Positions 1 through 6,807 of a DNA stretch of 16,041 nucleotides are shown piece after piece. The notes under the pieces are model-generated. The model ran no database searches and had not been told where the DNA came from. It saw only the letters and a program-made list of their open reading frames with translations. The DNA is from Candidatus Rokuibacteriota bacterium (GTDB lineage: Bacteria > Methylomirabilota > Methylomirabilia > Rokubacteriales > DASRDR01), in contig JBIOTN010000049.1 in the NCBI GenBank assembly GCA_044866005.1, forward strand, positions 1 to 16,041, written 5' to 3'. Numbering within the stretch: the first letter of the stretch is position 1; every line of letters begins with the position of its first letter. The position numbers and the translations under genes are program-made.

Positions 1-2
1 GC

Positions 3-112
3 GCCCCCCTCCGACGGCCCTCGCGGCCAAGCCGCGACGTTCGCCCTTCGGCGAACGCCTCGGGCCTGCCTCCCCCCAGACGGCTCATGCGCCGACCGCA
101 AGGCGCCTCGCG
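3..112. repeat. REP/MITE-like structured repeat, left copy (truncated at window start)
   Basis: Bases 3-76 match the reverse complement of 15968-16041 at 66/74 positions. Internal hairpins are CGCGGC-caa-GCCGCG (22-36) and CGTTCGCC-cttc-GGCGAACG (38-57). It begins in the half-palindrome GCCCCCCTCCGA also seen at 5173-5184. Bases 77-112 loosely resemble the reverse complement of 5107-5150. Confidence 0.85.
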
Positions 113-124
113 TCGTCCGGGGGT

Positions 125-1024
125 TCAGGGGAGGGTGAGGAGCTTGAGGAGGTCGGCCGTCAGGTCGTAGAGCTGGGCGCAGCCGGTGCTGCCGCCGACG
201 AGGCCGCCCAGACGCTTCCGCAGACCGGCGTCGATCCGCTGGCCGACGAGCTCGCGCACGCGCGGCTGCGCGTCGGTGCAGATCCCCGCGTAGGGCAGGC
301 GCGGCGTGTGGGAGCCGGCGTCGACCACCATCCCCGCCGCGTCCACGACGTACCAGACCTGGAAGGAGTGGACCTCGTCGAACATCGCGTGCGAGAGGCC
401 GAGGCCGCCGGCCGCCCGCCGCTCCAGGCGAGCGACCTTCGTCCGGTTGAAGACGCGGGCCGCGCCGGGGAGCGGGGCGTAGAGGCCCGGCGGCATCGAC
501 GTCGAGACGGCGCGCTCGGCGAAGAGCTGCTCGGACTCGGGGCGATAGGTGTAACAGGAGGCCGGCAGATCGGCCCAGCCCTGCATGTCGAGGCGCCACA
601 TGCCGACCGGCCCCTCGGGCAGGTGCCGGGCGACGACGGCTGCCGGCATCCGCGTGACCTGCCGGGCGAGGCGCGCCACCTCGATCGCGGCGTCGACGAA
701 ATACGCCGCGCCCGGCCGGGGGCCCGCAACCTTCACGACCCGCCGGGTGAAGCCCCGCGTCATGGCGCTCCCGGCGAGCCCGGCCATCGCCTCGCCGAGG
801 GCCGGGTCGAGCCGCGCGGCCGGGCCGGCGAGGACGCGCCCGCGCGCGGCGCGGACGCCGTACTCCGGCGACGGCGTGGTCTCGGCCTCGAGCTCGAGCG
901 CGACCCACGGGTCGGCGATGCGCACCGTCATGCGGAAGCTCGCCGCCGTCGGCACGTCCGCCCAGCCGTGCACGACGCGCTCGTACCGATCGATGTCGGC
1001 GAGGAACGGCGAGGTGACCGTCAC
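125..1024 (-). CDS. DUF2889-like protein with two tandem domains (about 299 aa)
   Basis: The C-terminal half has DUF2889-type motifs 'FDEVHSF', 'RLPYAGIC' and 'LVGGSTGCAQLYDL'; the N-terminal half looks like a degenerate copy. Start moved to GTG at 1024 (GCAGAGG RBS-like sequence upstream; 25 nt after the hutH stop). The ORF-track extension to 1186 overlaps hutH. Confidence 0.7.
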   Translation of the reverse strand: MTVTSPFLADIDRYERVVHGWADVPTAASFRMTVRIADPWVALELEAETTPSPEYGVRAARGRVLAGPAARLDPALGEAMAGLAGSAMTRGFTRRVVKVAGPRPGAAYFVDAAIEVARLARQVTRMPAAVVARHLPEGPVGMWRLDMQGWADLPASCYTYRPESEQLFAERAVSTSMPPGLYAPLPGAARVFNRTKVARLERRAAGGLGLSHAMFDEVHSFQVWYVVDAAGMVVDAGSHTPRLPYAGICTDAQPRVRELVGQRIDAGLRKRLGGLVGGSTGCAQLYDLTADLLKLLTLP

Positions 1025-1049
1025 GGCGGCCTCTGCGGGCCCAGGAGGC

Positions 1050-2606
1050 TCAATCGAGCGGGCCCGCGGCGGCCTCGACCGCGGCGAGGAAGCTCCGATC
1101 CTCGCACAGCCGCCGCGCGGCCGCGAAGTCCTCGTGCAGGACCCGGTCCTGCTTGAGCGACGGCACGTGCGCACGCAGCGCCGCATGGGCGGCGGCGGTC
1201 CCCTGGCCGGGGCGGAGCGGCGCCCGGAAGTCGAGCGCCTGGGCCGCGCAGACCGCTTCGATCGCCAGCACCGTGCGCACGCGCTCGAGGACCTCGCGGC
1301 ACTTCCGCACCGCCACCCCGCCCATCGGGACGAAGTCTTCCTGGTTTCCCGAGGTGGGGATCGAGTCCGCGGAGGCCGGGTGCGCGAGGGCCTTCACCTC
1401 CGAGGCCAGCGCGGCCGCCTGCACCTGCGCCAGCATGTAGCCGGACTGGAGGCCGGCCTCGGGCGCCAGGAAGGCGGGGAGCTCGGAGACGAGCGGGTTT
1501 ACCAGGCGGTCGATGCGCCGCTCGGCGATGCCGGCGAGATAGCCCAGCCCGATGGCGAGCGTGTCGAAGGCGAGCGCGAGGGCTTGGCCGTGGAAGTTGC
1601 CGCCCATGAGGACCTCGGCGTCGTCCGCGAACACGAGCGGGTTGTCCGTCACGCTGGCGAGCTCGCGCGTCAGGATCTCCCGCGCGAAGCCGACGGCCGC
1701 GCGCGCCGCGCCGTGCACCTGCGGCAGACAGCGGAGGCTGTAGGCATCCTGCACGCGACGGCAGTCGGCGTGGGAGGCGATGATCTCGCTCGCCGCGGAG
1801 AGGCGGCGGACGTTCGCCGCGACGGCGAGCTGCCCCGGGTGCGCGCGGAGCGCGTGAAGCCGCGGGTCGGCGGCGGCGTTCGAGCCCATGAGCGCCTCGA
1901 GGCTCATCGTGCCCGTGATGTCAGCGACCTGCACGGTAGCCGCCGCGTCCGCGAGGAGCAGGGCGCCGGTCCCCGTCATCTGGTGCGTGCCGTTGAGCAG
2001 CGCCAGCCCCTCCTTGGCCTCGAGCGTCACGGGCGCGAGGCCCGCGGCCGCCAGCGCCTCGCCGCCGGGAAGCCGCCGGCCGTCCAGCCACGCCTCGCCT
2101 TCGCCGACGAGGACGAGGGCCGCGTGCGCGAGCGGGATCAGGTCGCCGGAGGCGCCCAGGGACCCCCACTCCGGCACTACCGGCGTGACGCCCCGGTTCA
2201 GGCACTCGGAAAGGAGGCGGACCAGCTCGGGACGGACGCCCGAGTAGCCGCGCGCCAGCGACGCGGCGAGGCAGAGCCACATCGCGCGCGTCTCCGCGCG
2301 CCCCATCGACGGGCCGAGCCCGGCGGCATGGCTCCGCACGAGGTTGAGCTGGAGGGCGCGGCGGGCGGCGGCGGGGATCAGGACGTCTTTCAGCTTGCCC
2401 ACGCCCGTCGTGATCCCGTAGACGGGCGCGTCGCCGGCCGCCAGCCGGTCCACGAACGCGCGGCCGGCCCCCACGCGCCGCTCCGTGTCGGCCGGGACGG
2501 TCACCGGCCGGTCCTCGCGAGCGACGGCGAGGACGTCCTCCAGCGCGAGCGGCCCTCCCAGCGCGACCGGGCGCCGGCCGGCGGCCGGGCCCACCTCCGC
2601 GGTCAC
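1050..2606 (-). CDS. hutH: Histidine ammonia-lyase / MIO-dependent aromatic amino acid lyase (518 aa)
   Basis: MIO-forming 'GSLGASGDLIPLAH'; also 'YGITTG', 'LQLNLVRSHAAG' (Ser-His pair typical of HAL), 'KEGLALLNGT', 'QDAYSLRCLPQVHG', 'GGNFHG' and 'GNQED'. The GTG start at 2606 overlaps the upstream stop (GTGA, 2603-2606). It is the C-terminal part of the 1050..4217 track ORF. Confidence 0.88.
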   Translation of the reverse strand: MTAEVGPAAGRRPVALGGPLALEDVLAVAREDRPVTVPADTERRVGAGRAFVDRLAAGDAPVYGITTGVGKLKDVLIPAAARRALQLNLVRSHAAGLGPSMGRAETRAMWLCLAASLARGYSGVRPELVRLLSECLNRGVTPVVPEWGSLGASGDLIPLAHAALVLVGEGEAWLDGRRLPGGEALAAAGLAPVTLEAKEGLALLNGTHQMTGTGALLLADAAATVQVADITGTMSLEALMGSNAAADPRLHALRAHPGQLAVAANVRRLSAASEIIASHADCRRVQDAYSLRCLPQVHGAARAAVGFAREILTRELASVTDNPLVFADDAEVLMGGNFHGQALALAFDTLAIGLGYLAGIAERRIDRLVNPLVSELPAFLAPEAGLQSGYMLAQVQAAALASEVKALAHPASADSIPTSGNQEDFVPMGGVAVRKCREVLERVRTVLAIEAVCAAQALDFRAPLRPGQGTAAAHAALRAHVPSLKQDRVLHEDFAAARRLCEDRSFLAAVEAAAGPLD

Positions 2607-4171
2607 GCCGCGCCGACGGGACGCGCGAGCGTCCCGATCCGGAGCCCCAGGAAGGCCGCCGCCGGGCCGGCCACGACGGCCAGGGGGAACCAGCCCCAGA
2701 GCTCGCCCGCCGCCAGCGCGCGGGCGCCGAGCAGACCGGCCAGGGGGTTGTGCGCGAGGTAGGCGAGCCCGGTGGCGGCCGCGCCGGCCAGGGCGAAGCG
2801 ACGCGGCAACGGCCAGGCGCGGGGCGCCAGCCAGAGCGCCGCCTCGAGCCCGAGCGCGGGCGCGAGGTAGACGGGGGGCAGGAGCGGGGCGCTCCGGCCG
2901 AGGGCCGGCAGGACGACGAGGCTCACCGCGAGGCGGAGGAGCCAGGCCACCGCCGCCGCGGCGGTCGCCGCGCCCGGCCCGCCGGCCCGCGCCGCGCTGG
3001 CGAGGACGAGCGTCACGAGCGTGGTGGCACAGACGAGGTACAGGCCGCGGGGTCGGGCCATCATCACATGCCACCGGTCGAGGGCCGTGAACTCGAACTC
3101 GAGGACGAAGACGGCGAAGATGAGGAGCGTGGCCGCGGCCAGCATCACGACGCCCGCCCGCTGGGCGGGCCGGGGCACGCCGTCGCCGTGCATGAGCGCG
3201 AGCCCCAGCATGGAGAAGGCGGAGCCGAAGAGCAGCACCAGATGCGGCGGCGACCAGATCGAGACGTCGAGCCCGAACAGCGCGTGCCACGCCTCGTCGA
3301 ACGGCGCCGAGGCGAGCGTCAGCGCGGCGGCGACGAGCGTGAAGCGGAGCCCGCGGTGGCGGAGCGCCACGCGCGCCGCGCCCTCGCCGGCGAGCGCGAC
3401 CGCGGTCAGGAGGGCCGCGGACACCGAGAGCATGCCGCCGTAGATCACGAGGTGGGGCGGGCTCCAGAAGGTCTCGCGCCCCCGGTCCACGTGCCAGGCG
3501 ACGTCCCAGTAGGCGCCGAACGCGCCGGCGAGAGCGCCCGCGACGCCGAGGGCGGTCGCCCAGGGCGGAAACGGAAGCGCCGGACGGCGCGGCGCCGCGG
3601 GCAGCGGGCGAGCGGCCAGGCCCGCCGCCAGGACCACGAGGCCTCCGAGGACGCTCGCCCAGACGAGATGGTCCAGCCACGGCGGCGCGGTCCACGGTCC
3701 GGCCCGGCGGAAGCCGAGCGGGCGGAGGGGGGCGGCGACGTCCGCCTCGAGGTCGCGGCGCACGGTAAACGCGATGTCGGCGATGAGGGGGCGCGGCCCC
3801 CCTTCGACACGGACCACGCCCTGCCAGAGTCCCTCCGCGCCGTCCACCGGCAGGCGGCCGGCGTAGCGGCCGGGACCGGCCGGCGCGAGCGCGACCGTGC
3901 GTCGCGTGCGGAAGCCGTGGAAGGCCTCGACCCGGACGACGAGATCGGACGCGGGCCGGCCGTCCGGCCAGCGCACGTCGACGCGGACGTACGGCCCGAC
4001 GCCGCCCGGGACGACGGCCGGCATGGCGACCACGCCCGAGAGCGAGCGCTCGGAGATGGCGTGCGAGGCCTCCGCCCGTCCGGCCCACGCCAGCAGGGCG
4101 AGGAGCGCGGCCAGCCCGGCGAGGCCCGGGAAGCGCCCGCGCCTTCGGAGGAGCCCGGGGCGCGCGCTCAC
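2603..4171 (-). CDS. Uncharacterised multi-pass membrane protein: signal peptide + YtkA/FixH-like domain + PmoC/AmoC-like metal-site motifs (522 aa)
   Basis: The GTG start at 4171 overlaps the DUF2182 stop (GTGA). It has an Arg-rich n-region, a hydrophobic h-region and an AEA cleavage motif. A beta-type domain ('GPGRYAGRLPVDGAEGLWQGVVRV') is followed by many hydrophobic helices with 'WDVAWHVDRGRETFWSPPH' and 'FDEAWHALFGLDVSIWSPPH'. Confidence 0.8.
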   Translation of the reverse strand: MSARPGLLRRRGRFPGLAGLAALLALLAWAGRAEASHAISERSLSGVVAMPAVVPGGVGPYVRVDVRWPDGRPASDLVVRVEAFHGFRTRRTVALAPAGPGRYAGRLPVDGAEGLWQGVVRVEGGPRPLIADIAFTVRRDLEADVAAPLRPLGFRRAGPWTAPPWLDHLVWASVLGGLVVLAAGLAARPLPAAPRRPALPFPPWATALGVAGALAGAFGAYWDVAWHVDRGRETFWSPPHLVIYGGMLSVSAALLTAVALAGEGAARVALRHRGLRFTLVAAALTLASAPFDEAWHALFGLDVSIWSPPHLVLLFGSAFSMLGLALMHGDGVPRPAQRAGVVMLAAATLLIFAVFVLEFEFTALDRWHVMMARPRGLYLVCATTLVTLVLASAARAGGPGAATAAAAVAWLLRLAVSLVVLPALGRSAPLLPPVYLAPALGLEAALWLAPRAWPLPRRFALAGAAATGLAYLAHNPLAGLLGARALAAGELWGWFPLAVVAGPAAAFLGLRIGTLARPVGAA

Positions 4172-4995
4172 AGCCCGAGCGCCCGGGCCGCCCCGCCGAG
4201 CATGACGAGCCCCGCACCGATCAGCCCGATGCTCGCGACGCGTCCGATCAAAACCCCACCCGGCGCGACCTTCTCGACGAGGACGAACGCGGTGACCGCC
4301 GCGACCCAGACGAGGTTCATCACGCCGGTCACGAAGAGCAGGCCCATGAGCACCCAGCAGCAGCCGAGGCAGTACGCGCCGTGGCGCCCGCCCATCCGGA
4401 AGGCGCCCCGGGTCCCCTCGCGCCACTGGGTCATCAGAAAGCCGAGCGGGCTCCGGCAGTGCGCCAGGCACGCCGCCTTGAGCGGGGTGAGCTGGTAGAC
4501 GCCGGCGGCGACCAGGAGCGCGCCGCCCAGGACCGGGCTGGAGGCCGCCATGGCCGGCGAGAGCAGAGCCGCGTCGTGGAGCCCCCACTGGGCGAGTGCG
4601 GCGACCACGCTGAAGCCGCCCCAGACGAGCAGGTAGGCCAGGAGGAAGGCCCCCGTGGCCACGGCGGGGCGGCCCTGCTGTCGGCGCTGCCGGTTCACCG
4701 CGGCGAAGAGGAGGATCACCGGCGCCGCGGCCGGCAGCATCATCCCGACCATCATCCCCATCCACATGGCCACCGTGGCGAGGAAGTCGGCGGCGGTCCA
4801 GGGCACGAGGCGCGGCGCCATCCCGGCCATCGCGCCCATGCCGTCCGGCAGGCCGGCGCCCGTCATCCCGCGATGCAGGTGAACGAGGTAGGCCCACGCG
4901 GCGAGCGTGACCCCCGCGATGCCGACCCAGACCGGCGCGCGCTCCCGCGCCATCAGCCGCGCGATCGGCTCCCGTGTGGAGGTGGGCTCGCTCAC
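4168..4995 (-). CDS. DUF2182 family predicted metal-binding integral membrane protein (275 aa)
   Basis: Family motifs 'MWMGMMVGMMLP', 'FLLAYLLVWGGF', 'YQLTPLKAACLAHCRSP', 'GAYCLGCCWVLMGLLFVTGVMN' and 'VLVEK'. It has a Met-rich loop. GTG start at 4995 (alternative ATG at 4953). Confidence 0.88.
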   Translation of the reverse strand: MSEPTSTREPIARLMARERAPVWVGIAGVTLAAWAYLVHLHRGMTGAGLPDGMGAMAGMAPRLVPWTAADFLATVAMWMGMMVGMMLPAAAPVILLFAAVNRQRRQQGRPAVATGAFLLAYLLVWGGFSVVAALAQWGLHDAALLSPAMAASSPVLGGALLVAAGVYQLTPLKAACLAHCRSPLGFLMTQWREGTRGAFRMGGRHGAYCLGCCWVLMGLLFVTGVMNLVWVAAVTAFVLVEKVAPGGVLIGRVASIGLIGAGLVMLGGAARALGL

Positions 4996-5013
4996 CGTGT
5001 CAGCCCCGCCGCC

Positions 5014-5019
5014 ATGATA
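5014..5019 (-). promoter_or_regulatory. Possible -10 element (TATCAT) for the DUF2182 operon
   Basis: TATCAT on the minus strand lies 18 nt upstream of the GTG at 4995 in an otherwise very GC-rich context. There is no convincing -35. Confidence 0.3.
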
Positions 5020-5106
5020 CCCCGCGTCTCGAGCTCGCCGGCAGATTGCCTACCGTACAGAGCACGCGAGCCGCGTATCCGGCCGAGCGCTCGCAGCAAA
5101 GCGCTT

Positions 5107-5189
5107 CGAGCGCCGGCTCCGCCGGCGGCCACCCAGCCCGTTGAGGGGGGAGGAATCGGAGGGGGCCGGCGAGGCCCCCTCCGAAAAAA
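5107..5189. repeat. REP-like repeat, internal copy, with perfect 12-bp palindrome; may act as terminator or processing signal after rng
   Basis: TCGGAGGGGGCC-ggcga-GGCCCCCTCCGA (5156-5184) is followed by an A run and lies directly after the rng stop. It is preceded by GGGGGGAGG and a CGCCGGC-tcc-GCCGGCG hairpin (5111-5127). It shares GGGGGAGG and TCGGAGGGGG blocks with the terminal copies. Confidence 0.75.
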
Positions 5190-6707
5190 CTAGCGGGTGA
5201 TGATCTCGTACTCGTCCTTGTGGAGCGTCTCCACGGCCTGGACGGTGACCTTCCGGTGGATCCGGCGCTGCAGGAGCTCGAGGCCCTCCGCCTCCTGCTC
5301 CTCGAAATGGCCCGCCATCTCGGCGTTCACGCGGACCAGCACTTCCTGTCCCCCCACGTCGGCCGCGGCGGCCTGGATCTTGCGGTAGATCTCGGCGGTG
5401 ATCGCGGCGGGCGACTTCACCACCCCCGTGCCCTTGCACGTCGGGCACGGCGTCATCAGGAGCGATTGCAGCCCCTGTCGGACCCGCTTCCGCGTCATCT
5501 CGACCAGGCCCAGCTCGGAGATCTCCAGCACGTTGGTGCGCGACTTGTCCTCGCCCAGCGCGCGCTTGAGCGCCCGGAAGACCTGCTGCCGGTGCTCCTC
5601 CCGCTCCATGTCGATGAAGTCGATGATGATGATCCCGCCGAGGTCGCGCAGGCGGATCTGCCGGACGACCTCGTTCACCGCCTCGACGTTGATCTTCAGG
5701 ATGGTCTCTTCGAAGTCGCGCTTCCCGACGTACTTGCCCGTGTTGACGTCGATGGAGACGAGCGCTTCCGTCTGGTCGACGACCAGGTAGCCGCCCGACT
5801 TCAGCCAGACCTTCCGGCGGAGCGCCTTCTCGATCTCCTTCTCGATGCCGCGGGCCTCGAAGACCGGCTCGCGTCCCTCGTAGAGGTGGACGCGGTCGGC
5901 GAGCGCGGGAACGAGGCTGTCGGCGTACTCGCGCGCCCGGCGGTACTCCTCCTCCGCGTCGATGACGATCTCTTCGACCTCCGCCGTGAACAGGTCCCGG
6001 ATCACCCGGAAGATGAGGTCGCCTTCCTCGTGGAGCGCCGCGCGCGCCGGGGCCTGCGTGAACCGCCCCTGGATCTGCTGCCAGAGCCGCACGAGGAACT
6101 CGATGTCGGCGCGGAACTCGTCCTCGCCCTTGCCCTCGCCCACGGTCCGGATGATGAACCCCCCGCCGGCCTGCGGTCGGATCGCCTTGACCAGGCGGCG
6201 GAGTCGATCCCGCTCCCCGGCGTCGCGGATCCGGCGGGAGACGCCCACGTGGTTCACCTGCGGCATGTAGACGAGGTACCGGCCCGGCAGGCTGATGAAC
6301 GAGGTGATCCGGGCGCCCTTGGTCCCCAGCGATTCCTTCGAGACCTGCACGAGGATCTCCTGGCCTTTGCGCAGGACGTCCTCGATCGGCTGGACCTCGC
6401 GGCGGTCGCGCTCGGGCGGCTCCTCCAGCTCGATGTCCGCCTCGTCCTCGGCGAGCATCAGGCGCTCGTACTCGCCGACGTTGGCGGTGAAGTCGCCCGC
6501 GTAGAGGAAGGCGTCTTTCATGAGGCCGACGTCCACGAACGCGGCCTGCATGCCCGGCAGGACGTTGGTTACGACGCCCTTATAGACGTTGCCGACGATC
6601 GACCGGTGGCGCTTCCGCTCCAGGGAGAGGTCGGTGAGCAGGCCGCCGTCGACTACGGCGACCCGAGTCTCGCTGATCCCTGCATTGATCACGATGGTGC
6701 GTGGCAT
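5190..6707 (-). CDS. rng: Ribonuclease G (Rne/Rng family), 505 aa
   Basis: 'GNVYKGVVTNVLPGMQAAFVDVG' (S1 domain), 'IDVNTG', 'QIRLRDLGGIIIIDFIDM', 'GLVEMTRKR' and Zn-link 'CPTC'. It has no long RNase E C-terminal tail and sits in the typical position after rodA. Confidence 0.95.
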   Translation of the reverse strand: MPRTIVINAGISETRVAVVDGGLLTDLSLERKRHRSIVGNVYKGVVTNVLPGMQAAFVDVGLMKDAFLYAGDFTANVGEYERLMLAEDEADIELEEPPERDRREVQPIEDVLRKGQEILVQVSKESLGTKGARITSFISLPGRYLVYMPQVNHVGVSRRIRDAGERDRLRRLVKAIRPQAGGGFIIRTVGEGKGEDEFRADIEFLVRLWQQIQGRFTQAPARAALHEEGDLIFRVIRDLFTAEVEEIVIDAEEEYRRAREYADSLVPALADRVHLYEGREPVFEARGIEKEIEKALRRKVWLKSGGYLVVDQTEALVSIDVNTGKYVGKRDFEETILKINVEAVNEVVRQIRLRDLGGIIIIDFIDMEREEHRQQVFRALKRALGEDKSRTNVLEISELGLVEMTRKRVRQGLQSLLMTPCPTCKGTGVVKSPAAITAEIYRKIQAAAADVGGQEVLVRVNAEMAGHFEEQEAEGLELLQRRIHRKVTVQAVETLHKDEYEIITR

Positions 6708-6807
6708 GGGCGAATCGCTCCCGCGGAATCGCGCCGGCGCCGGAGCCGCGCCGCCTCACCCGCGCCGCGCAGGACCGTCCGGGGGCGGAGGGGTTCGGGG
6801 GCATTGG

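Noticed and set aside
2603..4171. Calling the membrane protein a true methane/ammonia monooxygenase subunit
   Set aside because: There is no pmoB/amoB or canonical operon, and similarity is limited to motif spacing. Substrate and activity cannot be inferred.
1050..4217. 1055-aa ORF as a giant HutH fusion
   Set aside because: The N-terminal roughly 537 codons are Arg/Pro/Gly-rich off-frame translation of the membrane-protein gene. HutH similarity begins at the coupled GTG at 2606.
2603..4897. 764-aa version of the membrane protein
   Set aside because: The extension beyond 4171 overlaps DUF2182 in another frame and is low-complexity. A signal peptide begins right at GTG 4171.
5156..5189. Classical rho-independent terminator for rng
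   Set aside because: On the rng coding strand the T-run precedes the stem and only TTCCT follows it. It is better explained as a repeat palindrome, though it may still terminate.
6708..6807. Possible structured RNA between rodA and rng
   Set aside because: Only short GC-rich pairings and an RBS are present, with no recognisable motif.
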